Source: an uncultured delta proteobacterium (GTDB taxonomy: Bacteria; Desulfobacterota; Binatia; JACPRU01). From it: DNA of 64,000 bases. The notes under the pieces are model-generated. The model had not been told where the DNA came from and searched no databases. It saw only the letters and a list, made by a program, of their open reading frames with translations. The stretch is from assembly GCA_963745025.1 (NCBI GenBank), contig CAVUWD010000006.1, positions 320,001-384,000 of the forward strand. The letters run 5' to 3'. This document shows positions 18,043 through 26,886 of the stretch, piece after piece. Position 1 is the first letter of the stretch, and every line of letters starts with the position of its first letter. A program made the translations under genes and the position numbers.

Positions 18043-19776
18043 TCACTTGTCCTTTTGGTGCACGTAGCGGCCGGGAGCCGGGACGATCGGGCGGTGCTTC
18101 GCGCTGCCGAGCTCGGCCGGGGCTGAGCGCTTCCCTGCCGAGCGCTTCGTCAGCCAATCGGCCCAGTGCGTCCACCACGATCCCTTCTGCTCCTTCGCGC
18201 CCTCGAGCCACTCCGTCGCGCCGGCCGAGAGATCCGGGTTGGTGAGGAAGCGCGCCTTCAAGTTTCCGGGCGGGTTCACCAATGCCTGGATGTGGCCGCT
18301 ATTGCTCGCCACGAACGTCGCCTTTCCGCCCATGAGCTTGGGCGTACGGTAGCAGGCGTTCCACGGCGTCAGGTGATCGGTGAGCGCGCCGATCGCGTAG
18401 ACGTCGCAGGTGACCTTCTTCAGATCGATCGGCGTGTCGAGGACCGTCACGGCGCCGGGCTGCGTGAGCGAGTTCTTGAGGAAGATGTCGAGAAACTCGG
18501 CGTGCAAGGTCGCCGGGAGATTCGTCGAGTCGTTGTTCCAATACAGGATATCGAACGCCGGGGGCGTATCGCCCATCAGGTAGTTGTTGACCCAATAATT
18601 CCAGACCAGGTCGTTCGGGCGGAGCCACGCGAAGACGCGCGAGAGATCCGAGCCCGAGAGGATCCCCTTCTCCGCGGAGCGGCGAACGGAGGACGCGATC
18701 GAAGCCTCGGACGTGAAGATGCCGATCATGCCGGGATCGCCCATGTCGATCATCGTCACCGGGAACGTCGCCGAGCTGAAGCGGTCGTCGCCACGCGCGG
18801 CGAGATGGGCGAGAAGGACCGCGGTCGTTATGCCGCCCGCGCAGGCGCCCATCACGTTGATCTTCTCCGCGCCCGTGATCTCGGCGACCGCATCGCTCGC
18901 CTCGATGAGTGCGGTGACGTAGGAGCCGAGCCCCCAGTCGCGCTGCGCCGGTGTCGGGTTTCGCCAGCTCACGGCGAACGTGGTGAACCCACCCTTCACG
19001 GCGAACTCCATGAAGCTCCGGCCGGGACCGATGTCGAATACGTAATACTTGTTCACCTGCGGCGGGATGAAGAGGAAGGGACGCTCGTAGACCTCCGGGG
19101 TCGACGGTGCGTACTGGATGAGCTCGAGCACTTCGTTGCGGAAGACGACCTGGCCCGGAGTGACCGCGAGGTTCTCGCCGACCTTGAACGGCCGCCGATC
19201 GACCTGTGACGGCATTCCGTTATTCTCCACGTAGTCCGCGACGAGGTTCTTGAGCCCTGCGGCGAGGCTCACGCCGGCGGTGTCGAAGGCCCGCTTGATC
19301 GCCGCCGGGTTACCGAGAAACGTGTTCGTCGGCGCGAGCGCCTCGGTCAGGAGCGAGAGCGCGAAGCGCGCGCGATCGCGGCTCTTCGGGTCGAGATCGA
19401 CCTGGTCGACGAGCGTATGGAGCGCCGCCCGGATGGCCAGGTAGCTTTGCATGACTCGACGGTAGCCCGGATGCCTGTCGAAGGCCGGATCGCCGAAGCG
19501 CTTGTCGCCCGGCTCCGGGCGACGCTCGCTCCGCCCGATGACGATCTCGACGAGCTCGCGCGCGAGTCCCAGGCCGCGGCGAGCCAGCAGGCCCGGGTCC
19601 ATCGCCGCCCGCGCCGCGAGACGGCCGGTGGCGGCGAGGATCTGCGATCGATCCATCGAGACGAGCGCGTTGACCGCCATGGCGCTGATGAGCGAGCGCT
19701 CGGCGGCCTCCTGGTTGCTGGTGGGTGGGCGATCGGACACGACGGCAGCGGCTAGATTCAGCTTCATTTGGCTCAT
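18043..19776 (-). CDS. phaC: PHA synthase, class II-like
   Basis: PPQVNKYYVFD, SWRNP, GACAGG catalytic Cys, WLRPNDLVWNYWVNNYLMG, DHLTPW, SGHIQ and GSWW; AGGAGG RBS before ATG19776. Confidence 0.93.
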   Translation of the reverse strand: MSQMKLNLAAAVVSDRPPTSNQEAAERSLISAMAVNALVSMDRSQILAATGRLAARAAMDPGLLARRGLGLARELVEIVIGRSERRPEPGDKRFGDPAFDRHPGYRRVMQSYLAIRAALHTLVDQVDLDPKSRDRARFALSLLTEALAPTNTFLGNPAAIKRAFDTAGVSLAAGLKNLVADYVENNGMPSQVDRRPFKVGENLAVTPGQVVFRNEVLELIQYAPSTPEVYERPFLFIPPQVNKYYVFDIGPGRSFMEFAVKGGFTTFAVSWRNPTPAQRDWGLGSYVTALIEASDAVAEITGAEKINVMGACAGGITTAVLLAHLAARGDDRFSSATFPVTMIDMGDPGMIGIFTSEASIASSVRRSAEKGILSGSDLSRVFAWLRPNDLVWNYWVNNYLMGDTPPAFDILYWNNDSTNLPATLHAEFLDIFLKNSLTQPGAVTVLDTPIDLKKVTCDVYAIGALTDHLTPWNACYRTPKLMGGKATFVASNSGHIQALVNPPGNLKARFLTNPDLSAGATEWLEGAKEQKGSWWTHWADWLTKRSAGKRSAPAELGSAKHRPIVPAPGRYVHQKDK

Positions 19777-19799
19777 ACCTCCTGAGAGGCTCTTGATAG

Positions 19800-19845
19800 T
19801 CAATTTTGATGGTTTCGTCAAATTAGAAATACTTGTCAAAATTGA
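19800..19845. promoter_or_regulatory. putative TetR operator in the phaC/tetR divergent promoter
   Basis: AT-rich spacer with inverted repeat TCAATTTTGA (19800-19809)/TCAAAATTGA (19836-19845) and inner TTTGATG..CGTCAAA dyad. Confidence 0.5.
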
Positions 19846-19850
19846 TCGAC

Positions 19851-20579
19851 ATGCTTATGCTGCTCGACACGATGGTCGAGCCGGCACGTCCCCAGGTATC
19901 TACCCGCGGCCGCTACCTGCGCAAGCGCGAAAAGACCCGTGAGCGTCTGCTCCAGGCCGCCAAGCAAGTCATGGCGGGAACGGGCGTGGAAGCGGCGACG
20001 ATCGCCGAGATCGCCGCCGCCGCCGACGTCTCTCCGGGTACCTTCTACAACTACTTCGAGACCCGCGAAGAGATCCTCGACGCCGTCGCCGCCAACCTGG
20101 TCGGGGAGTTCCGCCGCGTCATGGATGTGATCCAGCGCGCGGTCGACGATCCGGCGGAACGGATCGCAGTCACCATCCGCCTGTTTCTCGAGCGCGTCCG
20201 CGACGATCGGCTGTGGGGCTGGTTCATGGCCCGGTACGCCCCGACCTTACCGATTCTGCGCGATCAGACCCGAGAGCTCATCCGCGAGCGAATCGTCGCC
20301 GATGGGCTCCGACGACGGCGGTTCCACCTGCCCTCGACGCGCGCGGTCGGCGACTTGATCGCCGGCACCTCGGTGACGGCGCTGCGATCGATCCTCGAGG
20401 GGCGCGCGCCGGTCGAGATGGCAACCGAGGTGGCGGAGCTCGTGCTGCGCGCGCTCGGCGTGCCGCTCGGCGAAGCGCACCGGATCGCCAACCGGCCGAT
20501 CCCGCCGCTGCGCACGGCGACGCAAGACCGCACGAGGCTGCGGGCTACCGCCTCCGTACTACGAGCAAGAACATCATGA
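19851..20579 (+). CDS. TetR/AcrR family transcriptional regulator
   Basis: TRERLLQAA...ATIAEIAAAADVSPGTFYNYFETREEI HTH; exact start uncertain (19851-19872). Confidence 0.9.
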   Translation: MLMLLDTMVEPARPQVSTRGRYLRKREKTRERLLQAAKQVMAGTGVEAATIAEIAAAADVSPGTFYNYFETREEILDAVAANLVGEFRRVMDVIQRAVDDPAERIAVTIRLFLERVRDDRLWGWFMARYAPTLPILRDQTRELIRERIVADGLRRRRFHLPSTRAVGDLIAGTSVTALRSILEGRAPVEMATEVAELVLRALGVPLGEAHRIANRPIPPLRTATQDRTRLRATASVLRARTS

Positions 20580-20623
20580 AGGCTCTTCCTGTAGCCCGAA
20601 GCCCGAAGTCTGTAGCCCTTCGT

Positions 20624-20686
20624 ATCGCGCGACACGACGACGAGCGTCCCGTCGCGGCCTCCCTCTTTCAAGGTCGCGAGCTTCAT
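20624..20686 (-). pseudogene. N-terminal remnant of a fumarylacetoacetate hydrolase family gene
   Basis: MKLATLKEGGRDGTLVVVSRD overlaps the hmgA stop (ATGA) then breaks off into short repeats. Confidence 0.7.
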
Positions 20687-21804
20687 CCCTTCCAGGAATC
20701 GACGTAGCCGGTCCACTCGACGCCCTCGGGAAGCGGCGCGACGTCGAGCGCGTCGCGGGCGTCGATCATCACTGCGACTTCGTCGGTCTCTTTGCGTGCG
20801 TGCTTCGCTCCCGCCGCGAACGCCTTCGGATGCGGGCCGTGCGTGAAGCCGCCGGGGTGCAGCGTGACCATTCCCGGTCGGATGTTGTCGCGACTGAAGA
20901 AGTCACCGCGGTGGTAGAAGATCACCTCGTCAAAATCGTCGTTGCTGTGGAAGAAGGGCACCTTGAGCGCGCCCGGGTCGGACTCGATCGGCCGCGGACA
21001 GAAGGTGCAAACCACGAACCGGTCGGCGACAAACGTGGCATGCGCCGATGGTGGAACGTGGAAGCGGTGACTGGCGATCGGCCGGATGTCGCGCCAGTTG
21101 AGGCGCACCGGCGCGAGCGATCCGTGCCAGCCGACCGCGTCGAGGGGGTTGAACGGGAAGCGCACCGTGCTGAGCGCTCCGCGCCGCTGGATCACCACGC
21201 GCCAAGGGGATTCGCCTTGCTGGGCGCGAAACGCCTCGTTGATCTTCGGCGTGTCGAGGACGGCCGGATCGAAGATCGCGTGTTGGCCGACGATCCCGCG
21301 CTCGGGCAGGCGGTAGCTTCCGTTCGTCGCCTCGAGGAGGAGCATCGTCGCCGGCTCGGCGCACTCGATCCGCCAGAGCGTGCCGCGCGGCAGCATCACG
21401 TAGTCCCCGTCGCGGAACGAGAGGTGGCCGTAGTCGCAGAAGAGCTCGCCCCGGCCTGCGTGGACGAAGAGAAGCTCGTCGCCATCGCCGTTTCGCACCA
21501 GATGATCCATCCGCCCCTCGGCTTGCCACAGACGGAGCCGCAAACTTCCATTGACGAGAAACTCCGTCGCCGTTGAAGGGGTGGACGATCGCACCGCGAG
21601 CTTCGTCAGATCGAATGCGCGTGGCCGGAGCGGACCCTCCCAATCCGTCCAACCGGTGGGTGGATGGGCGTGGTACATCTGCGTGGCGGGCCCGAAGAAT
21701 CCTTCCTTGCTGATCTCGCGCTCGAAGGTCCCCTCCGGAAGATCGGCGTGCGCCTGACGCGACGCTCGGCCCTCGATGCGGGGAAAGGGGATCCAAGTCT
21801 TCAT
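20683..21804 (-). CDS. hmgA: homogentisate 1,2-dioxygenase
   Basis: EGFFGP, RNGDGDELLF, NPLDAVGWHG, VPFFHSNDDFDEV and HPGGFTHGPHP (Fe ligands). Confidence 0.92.
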   Translation of the reverse strand: MKTWIPFPRIEGRASRQAHADLPEGTFEREISKEGFFGPATQMYHAHPPTGWTDWEGPLRPRAFDLTKLAVRSSTPSTATEFLVNGSLRLRLWQAEGRMDHLVRNGDGDELLFVHAGRGELFCDYGHLSFRDGDYVMLPRGTLWRIECAEPATMLLLEATNGSYRLPERGIVGQHAIFDPAVLDTPKINEAFRAQQGESPWRVVIQRRGALSTVRFPFNPLDAVGWHGSLAPVRLNWRDIRPIASHRFHVPPSAHATFVADRFVVCTFCPRPIESDPGALKVPFFHSNDDFDEVIFYHRGDFFSRDNIRPGMVTLHPGGFTHGPHPKAFAAGAKHARKETDEVAVMIDARDALDVAPLPEGVEWTGYVDSWKG

Positions 21805-21972
21805 GACGGCGCCTCCGGGGCTTCCTCTGAATACGACTCGGTGCATCCGGCGCGCAACGGTCGGAAATCAATCCGTCGACCGCGAACGCGAGTCTACGGT
21901 GCTCGAAAACGTTTCGTTAACGGCTCATCAACCCGCCGCCAGCAACACGCAAGGGCCGCGGATCATCGGCCT

Positions 21973-23229
21973 TCACCTCGCGTCTGCTTTCGCCGTGAAC
22001 CGCACCGGCATGTGCTTGATGCCGGACTGGAAGTTCGATTGCAGACGCTCGATCCGGCCGTCGAGCTCGATGTCGGGGAGCCGCCAGAGAAGCTCTTCGA
22101 AGAAGACGCGCATCTCGAGCCGGCCGAGGAAGGCGCCGAGGCAGAAGTGCGGCCCGATACCGAAGGAGAGATGATCGTTCGGCGATCGCGCCGCATCGAA
22201 CTTCCCCGGCTCGGAAAACACGCTCTCGTCGTGATTCGCCGAGGCATAGTAGACGACGACCTTGTCGCCGGCGCGGATCCGCACGCCATGAAGCTCTGTG
22301 TCTGCGGTGGCGGTGCGGCGAAAGCACATCACCGGGCTCGCGAACCGCAGCATCTCCTCGATCGCACTCGGCAGCAACGAGCGATCGGAGAGCAGCCGCT
22401 CGCGGCTGCGCGGGTGCTCGATGAGCGCGAGCATGCCGCCGGGAATGGCATTGCGTAGCGTCTCGTTTCCGGCCACCGCGAGGAGGAAGAAGAAGTTCTC
22501 GAATTCTTCGTCGCTGACCTTCTCGCCGTCGGCGTCGCTCAGCAAGAGCATGGTGAGGATGTCCTCGCCGGGACGGCGCCGCTTCTCTGCGGCCAGCGCG
22601 TGCGCGTAGTCGAACATGTCGGCGAGCGCACCCCGCGAGCGCGGGTCGATCGGTCTCCCCTGCGCGTCGTACCGCGCGTACTCCGGGTCCTGAAAGCCGA
22701 TCACCCGGTTGGCCCAGTGAAAGAGCAGATGGCGGTCGTCGCCGGGCACTCCCATCACGTCCGCGAGCGCCGAGACCGGCAGGTCGGCCGAAAGATCCTG
22801 GGAAAAATCGCAGCGCCCGAGCGGCGCGACGCGCTCCACTGCGGCGCGGGCGCGGGCGCGGATCCCTGCCTCCAGGCGAGCGACGTTGCGCGGCGTGAAG
22901 GCCTTGCTGACGATCCGGCGCAGCCGCGAATGCGCGGGCGGGTCGAGATTCAGCATCATCTTCCGCTGGAAGTCGAGATCCTCGGGCTTCGGGTCGCGAA
23001 TCTGCGTCGCGCCGAGATGAGAGGAGAAGAGCTCCGGATTGCGGTTGACGCGCTCGACGTCCGCGTAGCGGGTGATCGCCCAGTAGCCGCGCCCGGCCGG
23101 CCAGTCGAGGATCGCATGCTCCTCCTGCCAATAGACCGGGCACTCTCGCCGCAGGCGGGCGAAGGCCTCGAGCGGCAATCCCGCGAGGTAGGTGCGCGGA
23201 TCGTAGAGGTCGACCCCGAGATCCATCAC
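21973..23229 (-). CDS. cytochrome P450 (CYP124/125/142-like appearance)
   Basis: LDPPxH, AGNET I-helix, EMLR and FGIGPHFCLG heme motif; overlaps the paaK stop. Confidence 0.93.
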   Translation of the reverse strand: MMDLGVDLYDPRTYLAGLPLEAFARLRRECPVYWQEEHAILDWPAGRGYWAITRYADVERVNRNPELFSSHLGATQIRDPKPEDLDFQRKMMLNLDPPAHSRLRRIVSKAFTPRNVARLEAGIRARARAAVERVAPLGRCDFSQDLSADLPVSALADVMGVPGDDRHLLFHWANRVIGFQDPEYARYDAQGRPIDPRSRGALADMFDYAHALAAEKRRRPGEDILTMLLLSDADGEKVSDEEFENFFFLLAVAGNETLRNAIPGGMLALIEHPRSRERLLSDRSLLPSAIEEMLRFASPVMCFRRTATADTELHGVRIRAGDKVVVYYASANHDESVFSEPGKFDAARSPNDHLSFGIGPHFCLGAFLGRLEMRVFFEELLWRLPDIELDGRIERLQSNFQSGIKHMPVRFTAKADAR

Positions 23230-24536
23230 CGCGGTCGTCGATCGTAGACGCGCTGGGCCTTACCGAGCGAGCGCTCGACACCCCCCTCCGAGCGAATCTC
23301 CACGTCGACCGTGACGCCGATCCGCGACTTGATCTTGCCCGCGAGCACGCGTGCGCTCTCCTCGCGGTCCTCCGTGCCCGAGCCTGGCCGGCCCTCGCCG
23401 ACGACGCGGATCTCGTCGAGCGTCCGGGGCCGACTGATCTCGAGAAAGAAATGCCCGGTGAGGCCGGGATCCTCGAGGATCATCTCCTCGATCTGCGTGG
23501 GAAAGAGGTTCACGCCGCGGACGATCACCATGTCGTCGCTGCGCGCGTGGATGCGGGCGATGCGCCGGAAGGATCGCGCGGTGCCGGGTAGCAGGCGGGA
23601 GAGATCGCGCGTGCGGTAGCGGACGACGGGCAGCGCCTCCTTCGTGAGCGAGGTAAAGACGAGCTCGCCGGGCTCTCCGTCGGCGCGCGGCGCGCCCGTG
23701 TCCGGGTCGACGATCTCCGGATAGAAGTGGTCCTCCCAGACGTGCGGGCCGTCCTTGGTTTCGAGACATTCGCTGGCGACGCCCGGGCCGATCACTTCGG
23801 ATAGTCCGTAGAGGTCCACCGCATCGATCGCGAAGCGGTCCTCGATCTCGCGCCGCATGGGCTCGCTCCAGGGCTCGGCTCCGTGAATACCGACGGAGAG
23901 GGAGGAGTCCCGCGGATCTATGCCTTGGCGATCGAACTCGTCGGCGATCGCCAACATGTAGCTCGGCGTGACCATGATGATCCGCGGGCGAAGGTCCCGA
24001 ATCAGCTGGACCTGCCGCTCGGTCATGCCCCCCGAGGCCGGGACGACCGTGCAGCCGAGGCGCTCGGCGCCGTAGTGGACGCCCAGGCCTCCGGTGAAGA
24101 GCCCATACCCGAACGCGACGTGGACGAGATCGCCGGGCATGCCGCCCGAGGCACGAAGCGAGCGAGCGCAGACGTCTGCCCAGGTGTCGAGATCCTTCTG
24201 CGTGTAGCCGACGATCGTGGGCTTGCCGGTGGTGCCGCTCGAAGCGTGAATCCGAGCGACGCGCTCCCGCGGCACCGCGAACATGCCGAACGGGTAGGTC
24301 TCGCGGAGATCGTCCTTGGTGGTGAAGGGAAAACGGGCGAGGTCGGCGAAGTCCCGCAGGTCGCCGGGGTGCACACCGGCGGCGTCGAACGTTTCACGAT
24401 AGCGAGGGACGTTGTCGTACGCGTGCGCGAGGGTCCAGCGCAGCCGCTCGAGCTGGAGAGCGCGGATCTCGTCGATCGAGGCGCGCTCGATCGGCTCGAG
24501 CGCGTGACGTTCAGGCGGCCGCGCGCGCGTCTTCAC
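23226..24536 (-). CDS. paaK: phenylacetate-CoA ligase
   Basis: YPFGMFAVP, HASSGTTGKP, GYGLFTGGLG, YGLSEVIGPGV and RGVNLFPTQIE motifs. Confidence 0.93.
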   Translation of the reverse strand: MKTRARPPERHALEPIERASIDEIRALQLERLRWTLAHAYDNVPRYRETFDAAGVHPGDLRDFADLARFPFTTKDDLRETYPFGMFAVPRERVARIHASSGTTGKPTIVGYTQKDLDTWADVCARSLRASGGMPGDLVHVAFGYGLFTGGLGVHYGAERLGCTVVPASGGMTERQVQLIRDLRPRIIMVTPSYMLAIADEFDRQGIDPRDSSLSVGIHGAEPWSEPMRREIEDRFAIDAVDLYGLSEVIGPGVASECLETKDGPHVWEDHFYPEIVDPDTGAPRADGEPGELVFTSLTKEALPVVRYRTRDLSRLLPGTARSFRRIARIHARSDDMVIVRGVNLFPTQIEEMILEDPGLTGHFFLEISRPRTLDEIRVVGEGRPGSGTEDREESARVLAGKIKSRIGVTVDVEIRSEGGVERSLGKAQRVYDRRPR

Positions 24537-24565
24537 GATCCTGCCGCGTGTCCTGTCCGTCTCGA

Positions 24566-25342
24566 CTACCAGCGTGCGCCCGGAAACACGCGGGCAACGC
24601 TCTGCATCTCGGAGAGCATCCGTCCGAGCGCCTCACCATGCCGACCGTCACGCCCGCCTCGCTGCATCCACGCCGGGTCTTTCGGCCCCTCCAGCCCGGC
24701 TTCGGCGAAGGTCTTGAGAACTTCCTCCCGCCACGGCGCGCGCAGCACCTCGGGATCGAAGACCACGCGCGCCTCGACGAGACGGCGCACGAGATCGTCG
24801 GTCTCGAAGAGCTCTCCGGTGAAGATCCACAGCTCGCCCAGCGCCGCCTGCATCCGGCGGCGGCTCTCGTCGGTGCCGCCGCCGAGGCGGAGCAGCCACT
24901 CCCGACTGTGTCGCAGGTGATAGGCCGCCTCCCTCGCGGCCCGCACGGCGAACGACGCGAGCGGCCGATCGCCCGAGGCCTCGAGCGCCACGGACAGGTG
25001 GAGGTCGAACGCATCGAACAAATACTGTCGGGCGATCGTGAAGGCGAAGTCGCCGTTCGGCTGCTCGACGAGAAGGAGATTGCGAAACTCCGTGACGTCG
25101 CGGAAGAACGCGAGGTCGTCGGCCGACCGACCGCGGCCCTCGAGGCGACCGGCGGACTCGAGCAGCAGGCTCGCCTGATCGAGCAAGTCGAGCGCGAGAT
25201 TGCCGAGCGCGAGCTCCTCTTCGAGCACGGGAGCGTGACCGCACCACTCGGACAGGCGATGGCCGAGCACGAGGCGATCGTCGCCGAGGCGTAGCGAGTA
25301 TTCGGCGAGATCCCTCTGCAAGCGATTCTCGCTCGTCATCAA
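24566..25342 (-). CDS. paaC: phenylacetyl-CoA epoxidase subunit C
   Basis: LGDDxLVLGHRLSEWCGHAPxLEE, LVEQPNGDFA and RLGGGTDES motifs; ends PGARW. Confidence 0.92.
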   Translation of the reverse strand: MMTSENRLQRDLAEYSLRLGDDRLVLGHRLSEWCGHAPVLEEELALGNLALDLLDQASLLLESAGRLEGRGRSADDLAFFRDVTEFRNLLLVEQPNGDFAFTIARQYLFDAFDLHLSVALEASGDRPLASFAVRAAREAAYHLRHSREWLLRLGGGTDESRRRMQAALGELWIFTGELFETDDLVRRLVEARVVFDPEVLRAPWREEVLKTFAEAGLEGPKDPAWMQRGGRDGRHGEALGRMLSEMQSVARVFPGARW

Positions 25343-25641
25343 AGGCCTCGCACCCCGCGCGGCACCTTGTAGAATTGCGGATGCCGGTAAATCTTGTCGA
25401 ACGCCGGCTCGAAGAAGGGCGCGCGATCCGCGGGTGTCGTCGCCGTGATCGCGCTCGACTCGACGACCCAGAGGCTCGCCGCACGGCCGCGGCGCGCATA
25501 GACGTCGCGCGCGTTCTGCAGCGCCATCTCACGGTCGGGGGCGTGGATGGAGCCCGCGTGAACGTGCGCGGCGCCGCCCTCTTCCTGGACGAAGACCTCC
25601 CAGAGCGGCCACTCCGCAGGGCGGGATGCCGGCTCGCTCAT
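25339..25641 (-). CDS. paaB: phenylacetyl-CoA epoxidase subunit B
   Basis: WPLWEVF, HAGSIHAPDxEMALQNARDVYARR and KIYRHPQFY motifs. Confidence 0.92.
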   Translation of the reverse strand: MSEPASRPAEWPLWEVFVQEEGGAAHVHAGSIHAPDREMALQNARDVYARRGRAASLWVVESSAITATTPADRAPFFEPAFDKIYRHPQFYKVPRGVRGL

Positions 25642-26612
25642 CAACCGACTTGCGGGGCGGCGCCGGCGCGCCGCTTCGCCTCGTACGCATCCGCCGCCTC
25701 GCGCACCCAGCGACCCTCCTGGTGGGCACGGCGGCGGTCGCGGAGCCGTTCCCGATTCATCTGGCCGTCGCCGCGGACGACTCGCCAAAATTCCTGCCAG
25801 TCGATCGCGCCGAAGCGCCACCGTCCGCTCTCCTCGTCCCAGCGAAGCTCGGGATCCGGAAGCGTCAGTCCCATCGCCTTCGCTTGCGGCACGGCGAGAT
25901 CCACGAAGCGCTGTCGCAGCTCGTCGTTCGACTTGGGCTTCACCTTCCACCCCATGAGCTCGGCGCTATTCGGCGACTCGTCGTCGGGTGGTCCGAACAT
26001 CATCAGAGTCGGCCACCACCAGCGATCGACGGCGTCCTGCGCCATCGCCCGCTGTTCCGGCGTTCCTTGCGCGAGCGTCGCCAGGATCTCGAAGCCTTGC
26101 CGTTTGTGGAAGTTCTCCTCTGCGCAGATCCGCAGCATCGCCCGCGCGTAGGGCCCGTAGGAGGTCTTGGCGAGCATCGTCTGATTGATGATCGCAGCCC
26201 CGTCGACGAGCCAGCCGATCGCCCCGACGTCCGCCCAGGTGAGCGTTGGATAATTGAAGATGCTCGAATACTTGGAGACGCCGGCCAGCAGTTGGTCGAT
26301 CATCTCGTCGCGTGAGACGCCGAGCGTCTCCGCGGCCGCGTAAAGATAGAGGCCGTGGCCGGCCTCGTCCTGCACCTTGGCGAGCAGGCCGATCTTCCGG
26401 CGCAGGCTCGGCGCGCGCGTGATCCAGTTGCCTTCGGGCAGCATGCCGACGACCTCGGAATGCGCGTGCTGGGACATCATCCGCACGAGTTGCTTGCGGT
26501 AGCGCTCGGGCATCCAGTCGCGCGGCTCGATCGTCTCGCCCGCATCGATCCGCGCTTGAAAGGCGATTTCCAGCTCGGCCGTTTTGTCGCTCGGTGTCGG
26601 TTCCATGGGCAT
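25641..26612 (-). CDS. paaA: phenylacetyl-CoA epoxidase subunit A (di-iron)
   Basis: [39 protein letters not shown] and EENFHKRQG motifs. Confidence 0.94.
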   Translation of the reverse strand: MPMEPTPSDKTAELEIAFQARIDAGETIEPRDWMPERYRKQLVRMMSQHAHSEVVGMLPEGNWITRAPSLRRKIGLLAKVQDEAGHGLYLYAAAETLGVSRDEMIDQLLAGVSKYSSIFNYPTLTWADVGAIGWLVDGAAIINQTMLAKTSYGPYARAMLRICAEENFHKRQGFEILATLAQGTPEQRAMAQDAVDRWWWPTLMMFGPPDDESPNSAELMGWKVKPKSNDELRQRFVDLAVPQAKAMGLTLPDPELRWDEESGRWRFGAIDWQEFWRVVRGDGQMNRERLRDRRRAHQEGRWVREAADAYEAKRRAGAAPQVG

Positions 26613-26886
26613 GGTCAATCGCGACGCTGATACGAAACGATGGACCAAAGTGTCAAGCACTTGTTTCCTATCTGCATTTGTTTCCTATCCAGAACATGAA
26701 GGCTCGCAGCGAGGTCGCCCCTCAACTGCGCGGGCTACTCGCCGAGCAGCGCTCCTCGCCAAACTCGAGGGCGAGGACAAGTTCCTTAAGGCTGCCTGAC
26801 TTGCCTGCCAACGATACGTCACCGCAATTGTGAAGGAGAGTACTGCGGGCAACGGTTTCTGATCTAACCGTCGGCATGGAATGCCG

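Noticed and set aside
26690-26800. Possible gene fragment ending ALLAKLEGEDKFLKAA at the edge of the aminotransferase block
   Set aside because: Too short and not assignable to a family by eye
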